40,452 nt of DNA from Nemertoderma westbladi (GCA_032718475.1 JAUCBJ010006785.1:1-40452); one strand, 5' to 3'. Shown: positions 20,101 through 30,277, counted from the stretch's first letter. Notes: a model not told the origin generated them from the letters alone. Program-made: numbers and translations.

Positions 20101-22064
20101 TGTTGGACAGTCTCCTGCATCTGCCCGAGCAGGAGATCCATCCCCCGTCGTCTCTCGTCCACCCATTCGACCGCCGAAGCGGGAGTCGCCAACGTTGTAG
20201 CGGGCGGACGAGGGACAACGGGCGACAAATCTGGAATATTTCGCACGGAGTCCAGGGTATGCACTGTCTCATGGACTGTTCTGCTGGGCACAGGTAGCTT
20301 AGTGCTGTGCAAAGGGAATTGAGAAGTAGGTTCAGGGAGTACAGGTGTCTCTACGACCGAAAGGGTAGCTTCGGGAACAGGCCTAATTATTTCAGGCTCA
20401 TCTACTATAGTAGGGAGTCTCTCTATTGTAATTATTTGGTCTGTGGGTTCTGTACTACCTACTTTGGTGTTATTTAGTTGCCTTCTAACAGCTGGAGGCA
20501 AATCAGGCAATTTCTGCCGGTGGAATGTTCTTTTACGTCTGCTTAGGCGAGATCGATTTCTTCCGCCTTCAGTGTCGGTGGTATCGCCTTCTTCAGATGA
20601 TGTATACCCCTGTCTTTTGGGAGTAGATCGACTCATCATCTGCATATTACTAGCTGTTAACTGTTTATTGAAGTTGTCTTGCCTCTCTTGAAGATTTTCC
20701 AACTCTAGTTGGGTTGCCTCTTCAGATGCCCTCCGTTCTGCTTCTGCCACTGCCTCTGCTGTTTTTCTTTCGGCTTCTGCCGCTGCCACTGCTGCTGCCG
20801 CTTTCCTTTCCGCTTCGGCCTCTGCCACTGCCACTGCTGCCTTTCTTTCCGCTTCTGCCTCTGCCACTGCTGCTGCCACTGCCGCTGCCTTTCTATCTTC
20901 TATACGTTTTTTCTTTAATTGTTCTTCTTGGTCTCTAGCGATGCGGAGTTGTTCATCGAATTTAGCTTGGTTCGCCGCTAACCTATCCACATCAATTGCA
21001 TCCAACACACGCTGGGCTCCTTCACTATTAGGGCTAAGCCCATCTAGTCTTCTCCGCAACTCTTCATCACCTACGAAACGCTGATAGTCTGACAGATAGA
21101 TATCAATGGCATCCCTCTTATGCGGTTTCTCTGCCGTCGCTTCACTTTCCACTTGGGAAAAAGTAGCGTCTGTTGATTCTCCATGGGTTGAGCGCTCCTC
21201 CAACTGAGCTTTCCACTGAGCTGCTCCTTGAACCTGGTGACTCACCCGTTGAAACCAAGTCTTTACGGCAACTTGCAACGACGTGTCTTGTTTTCTTTTA
21301 GAAGCCTCCTCAAAGGCGGATAAGATTAGCCTAATCCGCAGAACTCTTTCTCTAACTTGATAAAGCAGCGATCCCTGCTCTTGAGGTCCTTGAGGTTGTT
21401 GAAAAAGTTGCTTTTCTATTCGCTCTATAGAGCTGAAGAATCCCTGTGCGTATCCGGCTGCGGACCTCTTCCACACAGCTGGATCGATGGTTTCCTTGGC
21501 TACTCCCATCCGGTGTATGTCTTCCCAGGCAGCTTCTGATAAATCAAACGGGAGTCCGGGTCCGGGGAAGTTCCATTGCGACTCGACAATAGACTTCAGT
21601 TCTTCACTAGTGTATCCCGCGTAACTATCTCTAGTTGACCGTTGACTTCTCGCCCAATCGATCTGGTGTTCTTCCACCGCGATCAATAACCCAGCGAGCA
21701 CGGCTGCAGGAAGGATGAGAAGGGGATCCGTATAAACCGCATCCGTCATCTCTGCTCCGCTCTCGGGTGTCAGCTCTACAGTATCCTCACTACTGGAGCT
21801 GCTGGGCCGCTGAGGAATAAGTTCTTGACTAACGGGTTGTTGCTGTTCCGCTGCTTCTTGGTCCCGCTTGACCTGAGCTCGGGTGCCTATGATAGACCTA
21901 CGATGTTGGACTAGCCTAGGTTCTGTTATTACTACTGGAGGGATGACCTTCCTCACAGTGGGAGGTGAACTGGATTTACGACCAGACGGTTGTACGTCTC
22001 TATCTGAGTCGCAGATAGTTACATCTAATAAACTGTCTGACAGGTTCTGCTTAGTATCAGACAT
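17133..22064 (-). CDS. gag: 1643-aa BEL/Pao Gag-protease polyprotein with a short RNase H C-terminal remnant; no RT or integrase
   Basis: KFNGDEMKWLPF...EKLRYL capsid-like domain; three knuckles (CVLCDGPHRLNAC, CYNCLRRGHQRRTC, CAKCGAKHHILLH); LLDSGS protease; RTRVGWYLTGP then ~55 aa to WRYCPKKFNPTDIASRG and HYSSWNRL; no YVDD or DDE motifs. Confidence 0.92.
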   Translation of the reverse strand: MSDTKQNLSDSLLDVTICDSDRDVQPSGRKSSSPPTVRKVIPPVVITEPRLVQHRRSIIGTRAQVKRDQEAAEQQQPVSQELIPQRPSSSSSEDTVELTPESGAEMTDAVYTDPLLILPAAVLAGLLIAVEEHQIDWARSQRSTRDSYAGYTSEELKSIVESQWNFPGPGLPFDLSEAAWEDIHRMGVAKETIDPAVWKRSAAGYAQGFFSSIERIEKQLFQQPQGPQEQGSLLYQVRERVLRIRLILSAFEEASKRKQDTSLQVAVKTWFQRVSHQVQGAAQWKAQLEERSTHGESTDATFSQVESEATAEKPHKRDAIDIYLSDYQRFVGDEELRRRLDGLSPNSEGAQRVLDAIDVDRLAANQAKFDEQLRIARDQEEQLKKKRIEDRKAAAVAAAVAEAEAERKAAVAVAEAEAERKAAAAVAAAEAERKTAEAVAEAERRASEEATQLELENLQERQDNFNKQLTASNMQMMSRSTPKRQGYTSSEEGDTTDTEGGRNRSRLSRRKRTFHRQKLPDLPPAVRRQLNNTKVGSTEPTDQIITIERLPTIVDEPEIIRPVPEATLSVVETPVLPEPTSQFPLHSTKLPVPSRTVHETVHTLDSVRNIPDLSPVVPRPPATTLATPASAVEWVDERRRGMDLLLGQMQETVQQFKGTVRESRLELQEVQQSIALERDKLVNTQKGIPPPSVTMCQPVRSEVSHAQGVEPTRIYTASEVETPIVNPIKGNYRPVDNDIPYGTDHNPRNLYTDNSILNSTMAQESFTRQMARTEARQAVKVGEIVKFNGDEMKWLPFNEYYKDNIQNSVLSNGEKLRYLIECLEGSPKLMALKFIGHPDGLRQVWDTLNIRYGNRNNIAGYLYAKMVAPRKFISSGIIEFSDEIQEICRQLDWLGKSHEYQNTMVIRAVASTLPKGGVGTRWDKKVLYMMEQQRRDPTMADLMSFLDGEVKLQLLRQSRERTLENKVSEKPVSRRRVTPVCYTDDGESQTSQGEDSGKDTDRSYYVNKMPKDQVSKSESRPNDRREPVQKTLPTSPKRIQVRKPEERTSVHHIAQVKVSNIKPKCVLCDGPHRLNACDKFLRKSLKDRREVMWDKRLCYNCLRRGHQRRTCNSDARCAKCGAKHHILLHTEFERNSPSQVSESELHVQFSDENDTDQSEMEGFYTDEFSDQNESCYLINTTAVYRALVYEKDTDSDLTLTTSDQQPSWKAPTSNIGIREFPVVQLRVHGPQKSYIVNALLDSGSTGTFIDKELAEDIFAGQPKFRTKLNMSGIMQVWNSTVAADYYISELSTPQDELGEHSIRSVKMVAIKNFATTQADLYNWDEDESIQHLNIPRFQTDYPGVQILIGQNAHEALETLEKRPAQPQPLQTYAVRTRVGWYLTGPSGRTLRERLLQDRVCQVSEWEDDTSEGDDPTEGTPHSSDNDNLSSNVDQWRYCPKKFNPTDIASRGATPQELTDTIDRLGEPDFLSKEDEWPPHLTPTEIRPAKGAEKVKPKTRTGGAELFEPGIDLSVLHIARDDAVDLDLPTASGSFMKIRESDWSSGTSDVSQGLLPLLQGATDHYSSWNRLCNAVIYFERCFYRHYSRTKRKPGIVFGMQRLNHPVGRLCLPEGNGGLSGNCGRQDSLPTTTSLILQTSRDSIT
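20740..20890 (-). repeat. Coding repeat AEAERKAAVAVA (Ala-rich, coiled-coil-like) in element B Gag
   Basis: Four imperfect in-frame AEAER(K/R) units. Confidence 0.8.
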
Positions 22065-22199
22065 GACTAGGTATGTACAGTTGAATGCCTACTGCTATAT
22101 TACAGTCTAAGCAAGTCTAGTAACTCAGTATGAACTGCTAGCCTAGTAATTAATTACCGTTACTGCTACTCAGTGTAGCGTGATATATATATAATATAT

Positions 22200-22450
22200 T
22201 AGAATACCGGTATACTTATAGTATATATAACTATATAAGTATTATTACAGACTAGGTTTATCACAGAATACCGGTATAATTTTAGCACAAATATATATAA
22301 ATATATAATAGGCCTATCGGAATACCAGTATACAGCTTACAGTTTGTAGTATATATAATTCTGGAATAGAATTAATTACAAGTACCGGTATAATTTCAGC
22401 CTAGATTTATAGAAATAAGATAATAGGCCTATCGTAAATACCGGTATATC
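22200..22450. repeat. About 5 diverged ~60-bp repeats with (A)ATACCGGTATA core in the 5' UTR of element B
   Basis: Cores at about 22203, 22268, 22321, 22383 and 22437. Confidence 0.65.
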
Positions 22451-23384
22451 AATTATTTTGGAATAATTGAATTTCTGAACTTTAGGGTTACTTGGTTACT
22501 TTAACTTACTTTATTACCGTTATTTAAGCAGTAATCCAACTGATATTGAGACCTAATTGTTGTATGGTAGGCCTACTATTTATAAATCGTTAGATTTGAT
22601 TTATAATATATATATACCCGTTTTAATGGGTTTTGTCAATGTTTGAAATAAATGTTATTATTTCTGGGGAGTAATCACTACACAAAGCGGTGCGCTTTCA
22701 GTGAAGTGTTACTTATAGACACTAAAACAAATATTACTAATTTACCTAAGTTACTTAATACTACAAATTACGTACAATTCGGGTGAGATTACAATCTCTA
22801 AATAAATGCAAAAATTTACAAAAAACACAAAATACGAATTTTTAGGGTAATTTTACAAGAAGTCTACAAACCAGCCTAACAAAGGGTTAGAAAACTGGTT
22901 ATTACAACGGACAGGGTACTGCGGTATTTGAAAATAATACGTAGTAGTAAATACACTGCGTTGTCCAGATAGGAAAATACCACCGCCTGACGACCTATAG
23001 CCGTATCGTTATAGGTTCTACGTTATGTATCACGGAGTGTTCCTACCTAGAAGTTAATAGAGCTAATCGAATGTGCCTATCAACCACTTTACAACACAAA
23101 TATAATGCCTACACTAATTATTTTCGGAAAGCACTGTACACTAAACCCTAAATTAGGTACGAGTACTTGTACAACAGATAATCAGTAATTAAATATACTT
23201 GAACAGCTAAAAGAACCACGGCATCTGCTGGAGTGACCGATGCACAAAATCACCAGTCTTTACCTACGCCAAGCAGCCCGTGTAGTACCGAGGTTAATTT
23301 AACTATAGCGGTATGTATAACAAACACAATTACTGTAGGAACAAACTTGGGGAATGAATGTTGCGAATAATCGCATAAACTCTG

Positions 23385-23965
23385 AATAATAAATATTACG
23401 CTACGCGTACAAACTACTCAAACAAAATGCAGACCGAACACTGACAGACTACTATCAAGCCTAAACAAATACGGTATATGCAGACTCCGAAATAATTAGG
23501 TAGTATGCGTTCTAACCCAGTAGTACGACTTATTCTTTAATTGGGGATTTACCTTATAGCTTTGGCTGCCCCAACTTCCCAACCGTTCTTTATCGGACAA
23601 GGGCTCTACACAGACTGCAATCCGTTCAGACCTAATAACAGCCAGACAACTATCCAGCCTACAAATTATCTAAATAATATTATACGCTACCTGTACCGAC
23701 TACACAAACAAAGTACAGACCAAACGATGGCAGACTACTCTCAAGCCTAAATAAACTACAGGACATGCAGACTCCGAAATAGTTAGGTAGTATGCGTTCT
23801 AACCCAGTAGTACGACTTATTCTTTAATTGGGGGTTTACTTTACAGCAATGGCTACCCCAACTTCCCAACCGTTCTTTATCGGACAGGTGACCTACACAC
23901 ACTGCAATCCGTTCAGACTTAACAGCAATCAGACAACAGCTCAGCCTACAACTTGTCTGTACAAT
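23385..23965. repeat. Diverged 287-bp tandem duplication in the 5' UTR of element B
   Basis: ATGCAGACTCCGAAATA.TTAGGTAGTATGCGTTCTAACCCAGTAGTACGACTTATTCTTTAATTGGGG at ~23478 and ~23765. Confidence 0.9.
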
Positions 23966-24216
23966 ATGATCAGGCTTACACGCCTTCTGTTCAATACTGG
24001 CCTACAAACAATTAAAACTTGACAGAAATAAGTAAAAGTCTCAATAAAAAACCAGGGCGGGCCCTCCCTGATTAATTATTAAGGCCTACCGGTATATAAT
24101 TATCAAAATCGAATAATACTGCTGTAGGTACCGGTCCGGATGATCAGGCTGTCAGGCCTACTGGTTACCGGTCGACCGGTACTTTCGACTTTATTGCTTA
24201 CTGCAATAAAGAAGCA

Positions 24217-24227
24217 ATATCCGTTAT
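24217..24227 (-). other. Primer-binding-site position of element B: ATAACGGATAT, non-tRNA type, complementary to LTR 24987-24997
   Basis: Begins at the first base after the 5' LTR end (...CGAACA); no TGG present; exact 11-nt reverse complement lies inside the LTR. Confidence 0.55.
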
Positions 24228-25462
24228 TGTTCGCGCTTTCAGACCTTTGGCAGTTTAACCCGCCAAATTAGGATGTCTGTTAGATAATAAATCACTTTAG
24301 CCGATGACAAATATTTGATTCACTACACTAGTCGAAACCAATCTGTGCGCGATCATTCACCCGCTGGATAATTCCCGGGAGATTGGGTTCGACGGCTTAA
24401 TTTTATTGCTATGTAAGCTTAATGTATTATTCGACTGACAGTATTATATAATCTCTGACAATATTATTCACCTTCGGGAATATTAACAGTTCCTTTAGGA
24501 CGTGGCGCTTTATTTATATAAACAGAGTTATGACTTAAACTACTCACAACGATATGGCTTAATTATAATTCACATATATGGCGCATTCTTTAGGAAATGC
24601 TTCGTTATCAGTATCACTCGCACACAATGCTGCACAATACTGCACACTGATCTGCCGATCTTCACTGATTTTAGTTACATATAAAAGGAACACGGACTGA
24701 CTCATGTAGGGGCTATCAAATAACATTAGATTCACTTCAAACCACTTTAACATAAGTCACAATCGTTATGTATAACCTTTCTCTCTTACCTTCAGTATAT
24801 CAAGAATATTGGGTTTTCGGGGTTATTTATCGTTATTCCAAATATAATAATTCATCAACCAAATTATGAAGTACAGACAGCAAATAGCAGTATAACAATA
24901 TAAAGTATGCACAGTGTTACACAGTATGCAGTGTATGCAGTACTGCAGTATGCATTGATTGCATTGAGTTAGGTTAGTCAAGTTAGATAACGGATATATG
25001 TCCTTATGATTAAGCCTACTAGTGTACGGCTAAAACAGTAAAGCACAAAATACTTCCAAGCCGTTCTTTCTTTTGCTCAGGACTCAATGTAAACACTGCA
25101 CATAGGCATTGCGTCATTTCTCGGAAATTTTCTGTACAAGGAGCCACAAAAACGCTCTAATTGGCTGACTGAACTGAGAGACGCCGTAGAACAAAGGAAA
25201 TCAACACGTATGAATGTCAGCTGTTAACCGTAGTCATAGTAACTACTGTTCAAGAGTAGCTATCACCCTTTTGCGTCACGAATTGCCATAGAATCATAAA
25301 ATATGCCTTTCACAGTACACATACGGAGGAAATAGGTCTTAGATCCTCTAAAAACACCGATACAGCAATAATACGGTCTCTTACACTTATTAAATCAACT
25401 ACAGAGTATTTTAATGTAAAAGATAATAAAAATAACGGGGCAATTCAGCAAAGGCTTTTACA
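24228..25462 (-). repeat. 5' LTR of element B (1235 bp)
   Basis: Minus strand TGTAAAAGCC...CGCGAACA; direct repeat of 12839-14073. Confidence 0.96.
25109..25279 (-). promoter_or_regulatory. Candidate U3 promoter motifs of element B: CCAAT box and two TGACGCAA (ATF/CEBP-type) sites
   Basis: Minus-strand AGCCAATTAG around 25157-25166, ATGACGCAA at 25109-25117, GTGACGCAA at 25271-25279. Motif match only. Confidence 0.35.
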
Positions 25463-28400
25463 ACTATACCAGCAATAGTTGGGAAATAAAAACAAAAACT
25501 GTACCAGGAATAGTTGGGAAATAAAAACAAAAACTGTACCAGGAATAGTTGGAAAATAAAAACAACAACTATACCAGCAATAGTTGGGAAATAAAAACAA
25601 CAACTATACCAGGAATAGTTGGGAAATAAACACAAAAACTATACCAGCAATAGTTGGGAAATAAACACAAAAACTATACCAGCAATAGTTGGGAAATAAA
25701 CACAACAACTGTACCAGGAATAGTTGGAAAATAAAAACAACAACTATACCAGGAATAGTTGGGAAATAAAAACAACAACTATACCAGGAATAGTTGGGAA
25801 ATAAACACAAAAACTATACCAGCAATAGTTGGGAAATAAACACAACAACTGTACCAGGAATAGTTGGGAAATAAAAACAAAAACTGTACCAGGAATAGTT
25901 GGAAAATAAAAACAACAACTATACCTGGAATAGTTGGGAAATAAAAACAATAACTGTACCAGGAATAGTTGGAAAATAAAAACAACAACTGTACCAGGAA
26001 TAGTTGGAAAATAAAAACAAAAACTGTACCAGGAATAGTTGGAAAATAAAAACAACAACTATACCAGCAATAGTTGGGAAATAAAAACAACAACTGTACC
26101 AGGAATAGTTGGGAAATAAAAACAACAACTGTACCAGGAATAGTTGGAAAATAAAAACAACAACTGTACCAGGAATAGTTGGAAAATAAAAACAACAACT
26201 ATACCAGGAATAGTTGGAAAATAAAAACAAAAACTATACCAGGAATAGTTGGGAAATAAAAACAACAACTATACCAGGAATAGTTGGGAAATAAAAACAA
26301 TAACTGTACCAGGAATAGTTGGAAAATAAAAACAACAACTGTTCCAGGAATAGTTGGAAAATAAAAACAATAACTGTACCAGTAATAGTTTGGAAATAAA
26401 AACAAAAACTGTACCAGGAATAGTTGGAAAATAAACACAACAACTGTACCAGGAACAGTTGGAAAATAAAAACAACAACTGTACCAGGAATAGTTGGAAA
26501 ATAAAAACAACAACTATACCAGGAATAGTTGGAAAATAAAAACAACAACTATACCAGCAATAGTTGGGAAATAAAAACAACAACTGTACCAGGAATAGTT
26601 GGAAAATAAAAACAACAACTATACCAGCAATAGTTGGGAAATAAAAACAAAAACTGTACCAGGAATAGTTGGGAAATAAAAACAACAACTATACCAGCAA
26701 TAGTTGGGAAATAAAAACAAAAACTGTACCAGGAATAGTTAGGAAATAAAAACAACAACTATACCAGCAAAAGTTGGGAAATAAAAACAACAACTGTACC
26801 AGGAATAGTTGGAAAATAAAAACAACAACTATACCAGGAATAGTTGGGAAATAAAAACAACAACTATACCAGCAATAGTTGGGAAATAAAAACAACAACT
26901 GTACCAGGAATAGTTGGAAAATAAAAACAACAACTATACCAGGAACAGTTGGAAAATAAAAACAACAACTGTACCAGGAATAGTTGGAAAATAAAAACAA
27001 CAACTATACCAGGAATAGTTGGAAAATAAAAACAACAACTATACCAGCAATAGTTGGGAATTAAAAACAACAACTGTACCAGGAATAGTTGGAAAATAAA
27101 AACAACAACTATACCAGCAATAGTTGGGAAATAAAAACAAAAACTGTACCAGGAATAGTTGGGAAATAAAAACAACAACTATACCAGCAATAGTTGGGAA
27201 ATAAAAACAACAACTGTACCAGGAATAGTTGGAAAATAAAAACAACAACTATACCAGGAATAGTTGGAAAATAAAAACAACAACTATACCAGCAATAGTT
27301 GGGAAATAAAAACAAAAACTGTACCAGGAATAGTTGGGAAATAAAAACAAAAACTGTACCAGGAATAGTTGAAAAATAAAAACAACAACTATACCAGCAA
27401 TAGTTGGGAAATAAAAACAACAACTATACCAGGAATAGTTGGGAAATAAACACAAAAACTATACCAGCAATAGTTGGGAAATAAACACAACAACTGTACC
27501 AGGAATAGTTGGGAAATAAAAACCAAAACTGTACCAGGAATAGTTGGAAAATAAAAACAACAACTATACCAGGAATAGTTGGGAAATAAAAACAACAACT
27601 ATACCAGGAATAGTTGGGAAATAAACACAAAAACTATACCAGCAATAGTTGGGAAATAAAAACAACAACTGTACCAGCAATAGTTTGGAAATAAAAACAA
27701 CAACTGTACCAGGAATAGTTGGAAAATAAAAACAACAACTGTACCAGGAATAGTTGGGAAATAAACACAAAAACTATACCAGCAATAGTTGGGAAATAAA
27801 CACAACAACTGTACCAGGAATAGTTGGAAAATAAAAACAACAACTATACCAGGAATAGTTGGGAAATAAAAACAACAACTATACCAGGAATAGTTGGGAA
27901 ATAAACACAAAAACTATACCAGCAATAGTTGGGAAATAAACACAACAACTGTACCAGGAATAGTTGGGAAATAAAAACAAAAACTGTACTAGGAATAGTT
28001 GGAAAATAAAAACAACAACTATACCAGGAATAGTTGGGAAATAAAAACAATAACTGTACCAGGAATAGTTGGAAAATAAAAACAACATCTGTACCAGGAA
28101 TAGTTGGAAAATAAAAACAAAAACTGTACCAGGAATAGTTGGATAATAAAAACAACAACTATACCAGCAATAGTTGGGAAATAAAAACAACAAATGTACC
28201 AGGAATAGTTGGGAAATAAAAACAACAACTGTACCAGGAATAGTTGGAAAATAAAAACAACAACTGTACCAGGAATAGTTGGAAAATAAAAACAACAACT
28301 ATACCAGGAATAGTTGGAAAATAAAAACAAAAACTATACCAGGAATAGTTGGGAAATAAAAACAACAACTATACCAGGAATAGTTGGGAAATAAAAACAA

Positions 28401-29268
28401 TAACTGTACCAGGAATAGTTGGAAAATAAAAACAACAACTGTACCAGGAATAGTTGGAAAATAAAAACAATAACTGTACCAGTAATAGTTTGGAAATAAA
28501 AACAACAACTGTACCAGGAATAGTTGGAAAATAAAAACAACAACTGTTCCAGGAATAGTTGGAAAATAAAAACAATAACTGTACCAGTAATAGTTTGGAA
28601 ATAAAAACAAAAACTGTACCAGGAATAGTTGGAAAATAAACACAACAACTGTACCAGGAACAGTTGGAAAATAAAAACAACAACTGTACCAGGAATAGTT
28701 GGAAAATAAAAACAACAACTATACCAGGAATAGTTGGAAAATAAAAACAACAACTGTACCAGGAATAGTTGGAAAATACACACAACAACTGTACCAGCAA
28801 TAGTTGGAAAATACACACAACAACTGTACCAGCAATAGTTGGGAAATAAAAACAACAACTGTACCAGGAATAGTTGGAAAATAAATACAATAACTGTACC
28901 AGTAATAGTTTGGAAATAAAAACAACAACTGTACCAGGAATAGTTGGAAAATAAAAACAACAACTGTTCCAGGAATAGTTGGAAAATAAAAACAATATCT
29001 GTACCAGTAATAGTTTGGAAATAAAAACAAAAACTGTACCAGGAATAGTTGGAAAATAAAAACAACAACTGTTCCAGGAATAGTTGGAAAATAAAAACAA
29101 TAACTGTACCAGTAATAGTTTGGAAATAAAAACAACAACTGTACCAGGAATAGTTGGAAAATAAAAACAACAACTATACCAGGAACAGTTGGAAAATAAA
29201 AACAACAACTGTACCAGGAATAGTTGGAAAATAAAAACAACAACTGTACCAGGAATAGTTGGAAAATA
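25463..29268. repeat. 35-bp satellite array, right part (~109 units)
   Basis: Same consensus as the left part; phase conserved from 25474 to 29254 (108 x 35). Confidence 0.98.
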
Positions 29269-29560
29269 GATCCCATACAGCGGAGGTTACATACAGGTAG
29301 TTTTTGCGCGGGAAGGTTTGAACTTTGAAGGCGATTATCTCAGAATGACAATTTTTCACACGAAAAATACCAGTCCTCCGCCAACCGTTTTTGCAATTTT
29401 TTCTTTACGTAATTTCATATGCATCAGTAAATTTTGGACAGTTTTCTAGATTTCATACCTCAGTATTTCCCCATTTTTTTATGACAAATTTTTATTATTA
29501 TTTAATTTATTTTACAAACTTGACAACTTCAGAAATAATTCAAATAATAATATTAATAAT

Positions 29561-30277
29561 TTTATTATTATTATTTAAATACAACAATTATATCACATAT
29601 CAATATAATATAAAACTAAAAGTAATATTGTAATATACGATACATTGAACATTGCGTTAGAGTATGCTACGGCAAAGGCTACTGACCGGGCCCTAATCCC
29701 CAAAGAGTCCACCAGGGGATGGGCCAGCAGTTGCCAGGACAGACGCCGCGTTGCCCACCAGAATGGCCATGACGATACGCTGAAGTAGAAACCTGTGGGA
29801 GCGCGGCTCATGCGTCATGGTGTGGAGACGGGACCCAATCTCCTGGAGGAAGGAGGACGTCTCCGGACCGGGGCGCCCCAGGGTCTCGAACGCAACAGGG
29901 TGAAATATATGACCCCGCTCCATCACCTCCGCATATGTCAAGTTCTTTCCCTGTTCGGCACCCTCTGCAGCACGACCCCCTGCAATTAGCGTCTGTTGGC
30001 GGTGACTAGGGGCAAGGGGGTCAACCACTGTGGCATCCCAGGTTAGCATTCGACCCTGGGACCAAGGCACAAGTGTCACCCCGTCTACACGCTTCCCGTC
30101 ATTGCGGCAGAGTCCTGATGGTTCCAGAATGGAGGGAACCCCACAGCTGACCAATGCCCGTCTCACAATATCATTAACCATGGTGTGGCGAGGGAACCGG
30201 CCTGCGCGCCTCCGGCATGAGAGACCATGTAGACCATTGAACGCTACTGGATTGCCACAATGGTCGCAGATCTTCAC
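29561..30277 (-). mobile_element. 5'-truncated non-LTR retrotransposon, CRE-like clade with restriction-like endonuclease
   Basis: ORF fragment followed by a short AT-rich 3' UTR and a (TAA)n-like tail near 29561-29575; 3' boundary approximate, no TSD found. Confidence 0.75.
29693..30277 (-). pseudogene. C-terminal CCHC zinc knuckle and PD-(D/E)xK restriction-like endonuclease fragment
   Basis: CDHCG...HGLSC, RHTMVND, DGKRVDG, WDATVVD, AEQGK, FHPVAFETLG, LQRIVMAILVGNA match the pattern of CRE-clade ORF C-termini. Confidence 0.85.

Larger units (their letters stand above)
12839..25462 (-). mobile_element. Complete non-autonomous BEL/Pao LTR retrotransposon B (12,624 bp; Gag-protease only)
   Basis: Two 1235-bp LTRs with TGT...ACA ends, ACTAT TSD at 12834-12838 and 25463-25467, single long minus-strand ORF; removing element plus one TSD restores the satellite phase. 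Confidence 0.95.

Noticed and set aside
10885-29268. 35-bp palindromic repeats as a CRISPR array
   Set aside because: Units are head-to-tail with no unique spacers, there are no cas genes, and the context is eukaryotic.
10812-29359. Dozens of minus-strand ORFs of the type MLFLFSNYSWYSCCFYFPT
   Set aside because: They are translations of the 35-bp satellite cycling through three frames, mostly with non-ATG starts.
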